Shown here: positions 17,442 through 27,317 of the stretch, piece after piece
Numbering within the stretch: the first letter of the stretch is position 1
How the letters are laid out: each line of letters starts with the position of its first letter
Origin: Campylobacterota bacterium
GTDB lineage: Bacteria > Campylobacterota > Campylobacteria > Campylobacterales > Sulfurimonadaceae
Direction: 5' to 3'
Assembly: GCA_034661055.1 (NCBI GenBank)
Contig: JAYEKO010000074.1
Coordinates: 1-32,503 of the forward strand
Length of the DNA stretch: 32,503 nt
Position numbers and translations under genes: made by a program
The notes under the pieces: generated by a model
The model's input: only the letters and a program-made list of their open reading frames with translations
The model's database searches: none
What the model was told of the DNA's origin: nothing

Positions 17442-18360
17442 TATGCTCTATTTCGAGTTTCCAAAGCTTTTTTTTATACTCTTTGTTTTTTTAGCATGTG
17501 AAGTTCTGTGCAAGATGAAACTACCATCGCTCTATTTTCCACATACCGCATCATTTATGCAGCATAGTGTATCTAAGTCTAAGTTGCTGCTATTTTTTAA
17601 ATGGCTCTCTATTATTATGCTCATTACTGCTGTCATGTCACCAGTTAAAGATATGGAGTTAGAGGTCAAGCCTAAAATGGGACGAGATATAGCACTGGTT
17701 TTGGATGCGAGTAACTCCATGACAGCGAGAGGGTTTGATGCGAGCAATGTGATGGCAACACGCTTTAATGCAGTGCAAAACATTGTTAATGATTTTATTA
17801 AAAATAGAGAGAATGATAATTTAGGTATTGTTGTCTTTGGAGCATTCTCTTTTATTGCTTCTCCTTTAACGTATGATCAAAATATTTTAGAGCGTGTTGT
17901 CTCTCAACTCTACATAGGAATGGCTGGGAAGTTTACGGCACTTTATGAGGCGTTAGCACAATCGGTTAATCTTCTTAAAGGCTCTGAGGCTAAGAGTAAA
18001 ATAGCTATTTTACTCACCGATGGGCATAATACCAGTGATTCGAAAATCTCTCTACAGACCGCTATAGATCTAGCAAAAAAAGAGAACATTAAAGTCTATG
18101 CCATAGGGATTGGCTCTGCTCGTGAATATAATGGAGCTATTTTAGAAAAAATTGCAAAAGAGACAGGTGGGTTAGCTTTTGGTGCTGTTAATATCTCTCA
18201 ACTAGAAGAGATTTATAAGCATATTGACTCACTAGAGAAGTCAGAGATTAAAACAGATAGCTACACGTACAAAACGTACTATTACTATTTTCCACTGTTT
18301 GTTGCGTTTATCTCACTTCTTATGTATGTTTATATCCGAAATAAGAGGGGTTGGAAGTGA
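17434..18360 (+). CDS. batA: BatA-like vWA-domain membrane protein (copy 2)
   Basis: MIDAS DASNS, IASPLTYD, ILLTDGHN, KVYAIGIG, C-terminal TM. Confidence 0.88.
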   Translation: MFDMLYFEFPKLFFILFVFLACEVLCKMKLPSLYFPHTASFMQHSVSKSKLLLFFKWLSIIMLITAVMSPVKDMELEVKPKMGRDIALVLDASNSMTARGFDASNVMATRFNAVQNIVNDFIKNRENDNLGIVVFGAFSFIASPLTYDQNILERVVSQLYIGMAGKFTALYEALAQSVNLLKGSEAKSKIAILLTDGHNTSDSKISLQTAIDLAKKENIKVYAIGIGSAREYNGAILEKIAKETGGLAFGAVNISQLEEIYKHIDSLEKSEIKTDSYTYKTYYYYFPLFVAFISLLMYVYIRNKRGWK

Positions 18361-20195
18361 CATTTATGCATCCTCAATTTCTATGGTTACTGCCCATAGT
18401 AATTATTTTATTTTACTTTATTATGACGCAAAAAGAGCATCAGGCACTGTTTTTTAGTGATGCTGTACTTAACAGGCTTCGTGTTACTACCAATATGTTG
18501 ACGCTTAAAGCGCGTAATGCACTTTTTGCATTGATGATGATTTTTGTTGTTATCGCCTTAGCAGGCCCGGCTATTACCGATGGTAAAGTCAACGTTCAGG
18601 CAAAAAGTGCTGACATAATGGTAGCACTGGATATCTCAGACTCTATGCTAGCAGAAGATATGTATCCCAATAGACTAGCCCTCGCTAAAGACAAAATCTT
18701 AGACCTGCTTCAAAAGTCACCTCAAGAGCGTATTGGGGTAATGGGCTTTGCCAAAGATGCCTACCTGGTAAGTCCGCTTAGTTTTGATCATGCATCGGTG
18801 GCTTTTTTAATGAAACAGCTCAATACCGACTCCATAACAGAAAAAGGGACAGATTTTACTCAACTGCTCTTTTCAGCTTCAGAGTTGCTAAGTAAAAATA
18901 GAGATAAATATCTTCTCATCTTAACTGACGGTGGCGATGAAAATGACTTTTCTGAAGTCATTGCTCAGGCTAAAGAAAAAAATATTAAAGTCTTTGTCCT
19001 TGGAGTTGGCAAGAGTGATGGTGTTCCTATTGTTGATACTCGAAATGGAGGCTATATTAAACAAAATGGCAGTATTATTTTGACACGGCTTAATGAGAAT
19101 ATTTCTAAACTTGCTACACAGACAGGCGGTTCATATATTGAAGCAATCTCTTCTGATGAAGATGTTGATGCCATGATAAATGAGATGCATGCCAAGACGC
19201 AGAGAAAAACCCTTAAAGAAGAAGAGGTCATACAGTATATTGCTCTTTTTTACTATCCTCTTGGTTTGGCAATGCTACTTTTTTTAATTGCAACTAGTTC
19301 GCTTAGTAAACGGAAAAAAGTAGAGGTACCTATGGCTTTGATGCTTAGCTCTCTTTTTTTGGCGGCACAACCGGCTAGAGCAGATCTGATGGATTTTCGT
19401 CTCTTAGATGAAGCGGCACAGAGTTATGAAGCAGAAGATTACAACAGAAGTCAACTTCTTTATGGTGACTATGCCCACAGAACTAAAGATGCAGAGGCGT
19501 ACTACAACCAAGGTAATGCTTATTATAAACAGGGTGACTTTAAAAATGCACAGAATATGTATAAAAAAGTATTTAGTGACGATGAGAACTTAAAACAGAG
19601 TGCTCTTCATAATTTGGGAAATAGTTATGCTAAAGAGGCTTCTAAAGAGTCGTTGGAGCAAGCAGTTAATAGCTATGAAAAAGCTCTTAAAATTAAAGAT
19701 GATAAAGAGACATCTGAAAATTTAGAAGAGGTTAAAAAGGCCTTAGAGAAGCTAAAGCAGCAAGAACAAGAAAAACAAGATGATAAACAAGAAGAGGGCG
19801 ATAAGAAACAGCAGGACGAACAAGAGAAAAAAGATAAGCAAAAAAGTGATAAAGAGTCTAAAGAGAAAGATGCAGATGAGAAGAAAAAGGGTGATGAACA
19901 ATCCCAAGAGAAGTCTGATAAAAACTCCGATAAACAGAGTGAGCAAGAGAAGAAAAAAGAGCAAGACAGACAAGAGCAGCAGCAAAAAGAAGAGCAGTCT
20001 CAAAAGTCTGATAAAAGTAAAGAAGAAGAGAAAAAAGAGCCTGCTAAAGCTGGAGCCACTAAGAGCGACAAGGTTATGAGTGATCTTGAAGAGCAGAAGT
20101 GGTTAAAAGAACTTAATAAAAATAGAGCAGGGCATCTGTACCAGCTCCAAAGAACTGAAAATAGAAATGAGAGAACCTATGAAAAACCTTGGTAA
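18357..20195 (+). CDS. BatB/C-like vWA + TPR protein with Q/E/K/D-rich tail (copy 2)
   Basis: GTG start overlaps batA stop; MIDAS DISDS, PNRL, LTDGGD, TPRs (YYNQGNAYYKQG, LHNLGNSY), low-complexity linker, ends KPW. Confidence 0.88.
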   Translation: MTFMHPQFLWLLPIVIILFYFIMTQKEHQALFFSDAVLNRLRVTTNMLTLKARNALFALMMIFVVIALAGPAITDGKVNVQAKSADIMVALDISDSMLAEDMYPNRLALAKDKILDLLQKSPQERIGVMGFAKDAYLVSPLSFDHASVAFLMKQLNTDSITEKGTDFTQLLFSASELLSKNRDKYLLILTDGGDENDFSEVIAQAKEKNIKVFVLGVGKSDGVPIVDTRNGGYIKQNGSIILTRLNENISKLATQTGGSYIEAISSDEDVDAMINEMHAKTQRKTLKEEEVIQYIALFYYPLGLAMLLFLIATSSLSKRKKVEVPMALMLSSLFLAAQPARADLMDFRLLDEAAQSYEAEDYNRSQLLYGDYAHRTKDAEAYYNQGNAYYKQGDFKNAQNMYKKVFSDDENLKQSALHNLGNSYAKEASKESLEQAVNSYEKALKIKDDKETSENLEEVKKALEKLKQQEQEKQDDKQEEGDKKQQDEQEKKDKQKSDKESKEKDADEKKKGDEQSQEKSDKNSDKQSEQEKKKEQDRQEQQQKEEQSQKSDKSKEEEKKEPAKAGATKSDKVMSDLEEQKWLKELNKNRAGHLYQLQRTENRNERTYEKPW

Positions 20196-21630
20196 AATAT
20201 TTTTAATTACTATACTGTTTGCACTGAGTTTACATGCTGAACTTAAAGTCAATGTAAGTGCTACAGATGTTACTATTGGAGAACGAGTTACTTTAAATGT
20301 AACTGTTGCCGGAGAAAATTCTGCACCACCAAATCTTACTTCAATTTGTGGCGAGGCTATTGTCTCAAGTTCCAAAAGGACGAGTGTTCAGGGAATTAAT
20401 GGAGTTTTTACAAAAAAAGAGGTCTATGAATATATTTTTATTCCAACTACATCATGTATTATTGAGCCAATAACAGTTAATATTGATGGCAATGATGAGA
20501 TATCAAAGCCTATTAAAATCAACGTGACTGCTATGAAAGTGACTAAAGATTCACCCTTTGTTCTAACTCTTAAAAGTGATAAGAAAAAAATACATGTAGG
20601 TGAGCCGTTTAAATTAACAGTGGTGTTTCGACAGAAAAATGGAAGTAAAGCGGTGGATTCTAAATTTGCACTTCCAGAGATGAAGAACTTCTGGGTAAAA
20701 GAGGAGTCTGTTGGTAGAAAATATGAAAATGATGGCTTTACAACCCAAGAGCTTACCTATATTTTAGCAGCACAAAAGAGTGGGTACCATACTATTGCTC
20801 CGGCACGAATAGAGATAGCAACACGCTCAAATAAAAGAGATTCCTGGGGTCAGTGGTTTGCAGCACTAAACTGGCGAAGTTACTTCTCTAACGATCTTGA
20901 ACTAGAAGTGCTTCCGCTCCCATCTGGCATAAATGTAGTAGGAAATTTTAAAATCTCAGCAACTCCTGATGTCAATGAGGTTAATGCAACTGAAGCCGTC
21001 AATGTTACAGTAAGAATCAGTGGCAGCGGTAACTTTGAAGATATTAAAGCATACAATCCAAAACTAAAAGGTGTGGGTGTTTTTGAAGAAGAGCCTATTG
21101 TTAATGCTGCTATTAAAGATGGTAAATATGTCGGTATGTGGAGTCAAAAAATTGTCTATGTTCCTAATGAAAGTATTACGATTGCTCCTTTTGTACTGGA
21201 ATATTTCGATCTTACTACCAATAGTGTTAGAGCAATTCAAACAAAACCGATAAAAATACATGTAAAAAATGCAATACCAGCTAAAAAAGAGCCGTTAAAG
21301 ATAGAACGTGCTCAAGTTAAAGAGTCTGTTGTAACTCAGCAGGCAACACCTGAGGATGACAATGGCTCATTTATTTTAGGTTTACTTTTTGGTCTTTTTG
21401 GTGGTGCTATTTTGGGTCTGCTTCCATGGAGAGTGTGGTTAAAACGTGAGGATATTAACACTGCGAGCTATAAAAATGAGCGTGATGTTTTAACGCTCTT
21501 GCTCAATCATTTAGATGATGATGAGGCTTTAAAAATGGTAGATAAACTTGAAGCAAAACTGTATGGTGGTCAAACTATTCATATTGACAAGAGAGAGTTA
21601 AAGGTACTATTTAAGAGGTTTTCTAAGTAG
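20179..21630 (+). CDS. batD: BatD-like exported protein (copy 2)
   Basis: Signal peptide LSLHA, beta-rich repeats, LEVLPLP...VVGNF, VRISGSGNF, C-terminal TM. Confidence 0.82.
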   Translation: MKNLGKIFLITILFALSLHAELKVNVSATDVTIGERVTLNVTVAGENSAPPNLTSICGEAIVSSSKRTSVQGINGVFTKKEVYEYIFIPTTSCIIEPITVNIDGNDEISKPIKINVTAMKVTKDSPFVLTLKSDKKKIHVGEPFKLTVVFRQKNGSKAVDSKFALPEMKNFWVKEESVGRKYENDGFTTQELTYILAAQKSGYHTIAPARIEIATRSNKRDSWGQWFAALNWRSYFSNDLELEVLPLPSGINVVGNFKISATPDVNEVNATEAVNVTVRISGSGNFEDIKAYNPKLKGVGVFEEEPIVNAAIKDGKYVGMWSQKIVYVPNESITIAPFVLEYFDLTTNSVRAIQTKPIKIHVKNAIPAKKEPLKIERAQVKESVVTQQATPEDDNGSFILGLLFGLFGGAILGLLPWRVWLKREDINTASYKNERDVLTLLLNHLDDDEALKMVDKLEAKLYGGQTIHIDKRELKVLFKRFSK

Positions 21631-21654
21631 ATAGGTTAAGATATGGAGATGTTA

Positions 21655-22485
21655 CTATTTAAACATCTCTTGAAGTCTGTTGGCCTCTCTCATCTGCTTA
21701 TTGAGATCTTCCCAGTTTTCACTCTTTATAGACTTTTTCAGACGACTTAGCTCATGTTCAAAATGCTCAATTGAATTAAGTAAATTTTCTCTGTTTTGTC
21801 TAAAAATATCTTCCCACATCTTGGGTGAGCTCTTTGCCAAACGGCTCATGGAGCGAAATCCACCGGCTGCTAAGAGTAAAATATTTTCTTTCTCTTCTTG
21901 AGAGAGTACCGTATTGGCAATGGAGAATGAGATGATGTGTGGCATATGGCTAATATATGCGGCGTGTCGGTCATGATCATGTGCTTTCATGTAGCGTAAT
22001 TGCATATGAATACCTGAAAAAAGTCGTACCGCAACCTCTTGCTGGTATTCACCACTATCTTCTAAATCACACAGTACAACAACTTTGTTTTTGTATAGAT
22101 CATGAATTGCAGCAGTAGGTCCAAAGTTCTCTGTTCCTGTCATGGGATGAGCTGCTACAAGGTTTTTTCTAATTGAAGGGGAAATAGAGTTGACAATGGT
22201 CTCTTTGGTACTTCCTAAATCTATAATGGTGGTCTTTTCATTAACATCGTGAAGCTCATTTAAAATAGAGAGAATGGCATTTACTGGAACCGATAATATA
22301 ATGACATCACACTTTTTAATAACCTCAAAAGAGACAATTTTGTCAATTAATTGAAACTCCATAGCAACATTTTGATGATCAAGATTATGGTCATGTCCAA
22401 CAACTTCGCTAACAAAAGAGAGCTCTTTAAGACTTAAGGCGAGTGAGCCACCCATGAGACCTAAGCCGATAATGCCAATTTTCAT
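21655..22485 (-). CDS. tyrA: Prephenate dehydrogenase
   Basis: GLGLMGGS Rossmann motif, DLGSTK, HPMTGTE, HDRHAAYISHMPH. Confidence 0.93.
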   Translation of the reverse strand: MKIGIIGLGLMGGSLALSLKELSFVSEVVGHDHNLDHQNVAMEFQLIDKIVSFEVIKKCDVIILSVPVNAILSILNELHDVNEKTTIIDLGSTKETIVNSISPSIRKNLVAAHPMTGTENFGPTAAIHDLYKNKVVVLCDLEDSGEYQQEVAVRLFSGIHMQLRYMKAHDHDRHAAYISHMPHIISFSIANTVLSQEEKENILLLAAGGFRSMSRLAKSSPKMWEDIFRQNRENLLNSIEHFEHELSRLKKSIKSENWEDLNKQMREANRLQEMFK

Positions 22486-22610
22486 ACCAAAATCCTTATA
22501 TTATGTGCCATTCTATCGCTTTATGAGTTAGAATTTCTTGAGATTTACACAATATTAATCATCAAAGTGATAAAATCTTCACTTATTTTAAAATGTATGG
22601 ATATTACTAA

Positions 22611-24887
22611 ATGAAAAACTTTATAGCTCTTATAATGCTATGTACCACATTAACACTTCAAGCAATTACTGTTAAAGATATTAAGTTTGAGGGAATGGTG
22701 CATATCTCACCAAATGTAGCCTTACAGATGCTCCCATTTAAAATTGGTGATGAGATCACTGAGCGTAATGTTGATGCTGCTGTACATGTATTTTATAAGC
22801 AGGGTTATTTTAATGACATCTGGGTAGATAACAGCGATGGAATTATGACCTTTTATTTTAAAGAGAAAGATATTATCTCTAGTATTGAAATGGATGGCTA
22901 TAAAGATAACGATAAAGAGGTGCAAGAGGGTCTTTTGCAGATTAAAAAAGGGTCTCTTTACAACGAGAAAAAAATTGAAGCAGCCAAACGCAGAATTATT
23001 GAAGCACTTTCGGCTGAAGGAAAAATTGATACGGTTGTAGAGACTCGTACAGAGCGACTTGAGAATGGAAGTATTAGAGTTGTCTTTATGGTCAATGAGG
23101 GTGAAAAAATTGTCATTGACAACATTGACCTAAATGGAATGAATAACTTAAGCACATCTGATTTTAATGATGTACTTGCCAATAAAGAAGCAGAATTTAT
23201 GGGTTGGTTTTGGGGTCGAAATGATGGTGAGATGAAACTTCCTGAAATGGAGTACGATCCACTCCGTATGCGTGACACCTATATGCAACATGGTTATTTA
23301 GATGCTAAAGTAGATGCTCCCTTTGTGCGTATTAACTTTGATAACTACCGGGCTAATATGAGTTATCAGATTCAAGAGGGACCAGTTTATCGTGTTAGTG
23401 ATATAAGTGTGATGCAGCAAGAAGATGTTATTGATAATAGCAAACTTCTTGAGATGATACGACTAGAAAAAAATGATGTTTTTAATATTAAAACATTTCG
23501 AGATGATGCTGATCGTTTAAAAACAGTAATTGCAAACTTAGGTTACGCCTATGCTCAAGTTAAACCTGATCTTCAAAAAAACACAACCAACAATAGTGTT
23601 CATGTGATTTATAGACTTGTACCGGGTGCAAAGGTGCGCATTCGTAATGTTATTATTGACGGTAACAGCAGAACATTAGACAGGATTGTGAGACGTGAGC
23701 TCTATTTAGCACCAGGCGACTGGTATAACCTAACTGATCTAAAAGATTCACGTAATGCACTAGGGCGTACCGGTTATTTTGATAGTACTACGGTTGAAGA
23801 GAAGCGTATTGATGAGTTTACTATGGATCTTATTGTTAAGGTTAAGGAGGCACCAACAGGTAATGTTCAAGTCGGTGGTGGATATGGAAGTTATGGTGGA
23901 CTCCTCTTTAGTGTTGGTGTAGAAGATAGAAATATTTTTGGTACTGGTATTAATATGGGAATAAATTTGGAGCGTTCCGATGTAACAGAGAATTACGCGT
24001 TCAATATCTCCAATCAACGTCTTAATGACAGTGATTTTAGCGGAAACTTCTCTATCTATACATCTATGTATGAGTATAACGACTACACTGTTGACTCTCA
24101 GGGTGTAACATTGGGTACAGGACACCGTTTTACTAGACACTGGAGTGGTTATCTAAGCTATAACTACTCAAAAAATGAGTACTCTGATATTAATGAATCT
24201 GCTATTAATTACGACTATCATGTGTTTTTTGAGAACTATTCAAAAAGTTCTGTAACGGCTGCTGCTACTTTTGACAATACTGATGATTACTATTTACCTC
24301 GAAGTGGTGTAGTCTTTAAGCAGAGTCTAGAATATGCGGGTATGGGTGCTGATGCAGAGTTTATGAAAAGTCGTACAAGTTTTAACCTCTATTATGGACT
24401 AGAAGATATGTTCGATTTTGATCTTATTTTCAGATATAAATCACGATATCACTACGTAAAAGAAGAGGGGTATCTGCCACTTGCTGAACGTTTCTATATG
24501 GGTGGCATGGGAAGTGTGCGAGGGTATGAGTCTTACTCGTTATCTCCATCTTATGTTGATGCTAGTGGATATACACGAAGAATTGGTGGTACACAGACAT
24601 TTTCTAATAATTTTGAGTTGAGTTTTCCTCTGGTTCCAAAGGCAAAAATGCGATTAAGTGCGTTTTATGATTGGGGATGGATTGAGGGGAATGTACCGGC
24701 ACACACATCACTCTACAATGTCCAAAAACCTTCTGAGAAGCAATCAATTATGAGAAGTGGTGCAGGGCTTTCTATTGAGTGGTTCTCTCCTGTAGGACCG
24801 GTAAACCTAATTTTTGCTAGAGCACTTGACGATGAGCCAGGTGACAAAACAACAAACTTTGAATTTACAATAGGACAGAGATTTTAA
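22611..24887 (+). CDS. bamA: Outer-membrane protein assembly factor BamA
   Basis: POTRA repeats, GGMGSVRGY motif, WFSPVGP, C-terminal FEFTIGQRF; TGaTAAAAT at 22568-22576. Confidence 0.96.
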   Translation: MKNFIALIMLCTTLTLQAITVKDIKFEGMVHISPNVALQMLPFKIGDEITERNVDAAVHVFYKQGYFNDIWVDNSDGIMTFYFKEKDIISSIEMDGYKDNDKEVQEGLLQIKKGSLYNEKKIEAAKRRIIEALSAEGKIDTVVETRTERLENGSIRVVFMVNEGEKIVIDNIDLNGMNNLSTSDFNDVLANKEAEFMGWFWGRNDGEMKLPEMEYDPLRMRDTYMQHGYLDAKVDAPFVRINFDNYRANMSYQIQEGPVYRVSDISVMQQEDVIDNSKLLEMIRLEKNDVFNIKTFRDDADRLKTVIANLGYAYAQVKPDLQKNTTNNSVHVIYRLVPGAKVRIRNVIIDGNSRTLDRIVRRELYLAPGDWYNLTDLKDSRNALGRTGYFDSTTVEEKRIDEFTMDLIVKVKEAPTGNVQVGGGYGSYGGLLFSVGVEDRNIFGTGINMGINLERSDVTENYAFNISNQRLNDSDFSGNFSIYTSMYEYNDYTVDSQGVTLGTGHRFTRHWSGYLSYNYSKNEYSDINESAINYDYHVFFENYSKSSVTAAATFDNTDDYYLPRSGVVFKQSLEYAGMGADAEFMKSRTSFNLYYGLEDMFDFDLIFRYKSRYHYVKEEGYLPLAERFYMGGMGSVRGYESYSLSPSYVDASGYTRRIGGTQTFSNNFELSFPLVPKAKMRLSAFYDWGWIEGNVPAHTSLYNVQKPSEKQSIMRSGAGLSIEWFSPVGPVNLIFARALDDEPGDKTTNFEFTIGQRF

Positions 24888-25466
24888 ATGAAAGCGATAT
24901 ACAATATTATAATAGCAGGTATTTTAGGGATAAGTGCAGCACTTTTTAGTGGCTGTGGTGTTGATGACAGTGAGACGAAATATCACTATTATGTTAAATT
25001 GTCTTCACTCCATTATGTTAAAGATGCTAAGGTAAGTGTTGAAGAGATAAACGCAAGCTATGTTAATTCAGGCAGTTACAATTTTGATGTGACCGTAAGT
25101 GGAACAAGAGTAGCAGTAGCTGGTACTTACATTACTGATGAAGACAATGAGAGCAATACCTCACTGCAATCGACACTGTGCGAATCGTATTTGCCTTCTT
25201 TAAATACTGATGCATCAAGTTTTACACTGCAGGCACCTTCTAGTCATGATGACTATGAGTATATTAATATTAACCCATTTACAACATTAATAGTACATGG
25301 AATAAGCGCCCAAGAGTTGGCACTTAGATATCCTGTTGCTAGTAGTATTGAACCTGATTTTGACTTTGATGTAACAGCAGCACGACAAGCAATTGAGTAT
25401 AGTACGCAAGAGAACAACTTAAGCACTGAAATATGTGATGCCCTTGCGGAGTTGCAGAGTTTTTAG
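24888..25466 (+). CDS. Acidic lipoprotein of unknown function
   Basis: LFSGC lipobox; starts immediately after the bamA stop (TAAATG). Confidence 0.7.
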   Translation: MKAIYNIIIAGILGISAALFSGCGVDDSETKYHYYVKLSSLHYVKDAKVSVEEINASYVNSGSYNFDVTVSGTRVAVAGTYITDEDNESNTSLQSTLCESYLPSLNTDASSFTLQAPSSHDDYEYININPFTTLIVHGISAQELALRYPVASSIEPDFDFDVTAARQAIEYSTQENNLSTEICDALAELQSF

Positions 25467-25486
25467 AGGTGCCCTAGAGTTACTTT

Positions 25487-26953
25487 TTAGTGAAACTGAA
25501 TTGAGATATTCTCTGGCGTAGCGATACTAGCAACACGTTCTGCTGCAATATGTAGTGGTGCGTTGGTTGATTTTACATGTAAAACATTTTCGTTTAATTC
25601 TAAGGTAAAATCCATAGTTTTGGGGCGATGTACGACCAATACATTACACAGTGAAAGTAAAAATGTTAAATTGTTAAGAGTCTGCGTATCAGGCAGTAAA
25701 CTTCTGTATTTCTCTATATGCGCTATAGATGGAACTTTTCTATTTTGATAGCGTGTTAAGGTTGCAATCAAGATGGTCTCTTCGTGGCTAAAGCCATACT
25801 CTAGGGCGCTTTGAATTAAGAGGTAGCTATGTTTATGGTATGAGTAAAAATGGATTGAAGAGCCAATTATTGCTAGCTTTGTTGCTTTAAGTAGTGCTGG
25901 TTTATAGCTAGGATTAATATTTAGTATGGGGTTTAGTGTATCAAAAAGTGATGATACAACTTTAACCATAAGAGATGATAATCTTTTATCAACTGCATAG
26001 GTGTCTTGTAGATAACTAAGTGATGGATTGTAATTCTCTGGAAAGTAGTTGCGATTACTTCGTAATATATCACATAGATAGACACCTTCACGGACTCCTG
26101 CACCACTTGTAATCATAGTTTCACTCTTTAGATACTTCATAAGTCTTAATAAAATAAGTGTACCTGGACGAATAACATCAAAACGTTCTGGTTTGATGTA
26201 GAGCTCTTTTAGTTGTGTATTATCTTTAACTTTGAGAACTTTTTTACCATGATTCTTAAGCTCATCGGCACTAAACGCATAGGCATGAATTTTCTCAAGA
26301 GGGTAGCTATTTTTTTGCATCACCGCTTTACTTAATGCTCTAAAAGTACCACCAATACCAATAATGCGCTTTGCCTGTTTTGTAGGCAGTTTCAGCAATG
26401 CTTCGTCAATGAACTTTTTAGCACCTTTAATATCTCCTTTGTCAAAGAAGAGCTCCTTAAGACGTACGGTTCCTAGGTTTAAAGAGTAGCTGTCAACAAC
26501 TTTTCCGTTTAAGATGCAGGCACATTCTGTTGAACCACCACCGATATCGATGACAACACCACTTGTTTTAGGTAGTAAGTTAGCACATGCAATACCTCCA
26601 TAATAGGCTTCTCTACTACCATCAATAACTTTTATATTGAGCCCAAGTTCATGTTTAACGCGGTGTAAAAATTCTTTTTTATTCTTAGCATCACGAACTG
26701 CTGATGTAGCGACACAGAGTGTTTTGCGGACTTTATATGAAGTGGTAATGCTTAAAAATTCACGTAGTGCTGCAATGGCTCGTGTCATAGCAGCTTCTTG
26801 TAAGTTTGAGTCATTCTCATAAGCATTTTCACTTATTCTGACTCGGCTTTTCTCTTCATGAAGAAGGTGAAAAGCATAACGGCTGGTTTTCTCATAAATG
26901 ACTAGTCGTACAGAGTTTGAACCGATGTCAATAACTGCTGTACGCCTTGCCAT
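25487..26953 (-). CDS. ppx: Ppx/GppA exopolyphosphatase / pppGpp phosphohydrolase
   Basis: IDIGSNSVRL, ATSAVRDA, DIGGGSTE, GIGGTFR, GVREG. Confidence 0.93.
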   Translation of the reverse strand: MARRTAVIDIGSNSVRLVIYEKTSRYAFHLLHEEKSRVRISENAYENDSNLQEAAMTRAIAALREFLSITTSYKVRKTLCVATSAVRDAKNKKEFLHRVKHELGLNIKVIDGSREAYYGGIACANLLPKTSGVVIDIGGGSTECACILNGKVVDSYSLNLGTVRLKELFFDKGDIKGAKKFIDEALLKLPTKQAKRIIGIGGTFRALSKAVMQKNSYPLEKIHAYAFSADELKNHGKKVLKVKDNTQLKELYIKPERFDVIRPGTLILLRLMKYLKSETMITSGAGVREGVYLCDILRSNRNYFPENYNPSLSYLQDTYAVDKRLSSLMVKVVSSLFDTLNPILNINPSYKPALLKATKLAIIGSSIHFYSYHKHSYLLIQSALEYGFSHEETILIATLTRYQNRKVPSIAHIEKYRSLLPDTQTLNNLTFLLSLCNVLVVHRPKTMDFTLELNENVLHVKSTNAPLHIAAERVASIATPENISIQFH

Positions 26954-26955
26954 GG

Positions 26956-27213
26956 CTAGTCTTTCTCTTCTAGAAGTAGCTGTTCGTGTTTAAATTTCAA
27001 TTCTGCAATACTCTCAACGTTGTTACTGTCAGCCATAATACAGTCAACAGGGCAGACGGCAATACATGCAGGCTCATCATAAATACTTAAGCACTCTGTG
27101 CATCTATCTGGATCAATAACATAAATTGGGTCACCCTCTTCAATTGCCTCGGTTGGACACTCTTCACGACAGGCATCACAAGCTATACATTCATCATTTA
27201 TTAGTAGAGACAT
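26956..27213 (-). CDS. YfhL-family 2[4Fe-4S] ferredoxin
   Basis: CIACDACREECP and CTEC...PACIAVCPVDC. Confidence 0.93.
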   Translation of the reverse strand: MSLLINDECIACDACREECPTEAIEEGDPIYVIDPDRCTECLSIYDEPACIAVCPVDCIMADSNNVESIAELKFKHEQLLLEEKD

Positions 27214-27317
27214 TAAAAAACCTTATAATATTTTAATATTTTTTTTGAAACTTTATTTACTGTTCGATTTATAGCAGAAGAAAGCTTGAATAAGTTTTAA
27301 ATATTATGTTCTCGTAC

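Noticed and set aside
19752..20079. Hydrophobic antisense ORF (19752-20003) and basic alternative-frame ORF (19780-20079)
   Set aside because: By-products of the purine-rich low-complexity linker of the vWA-TPR gene
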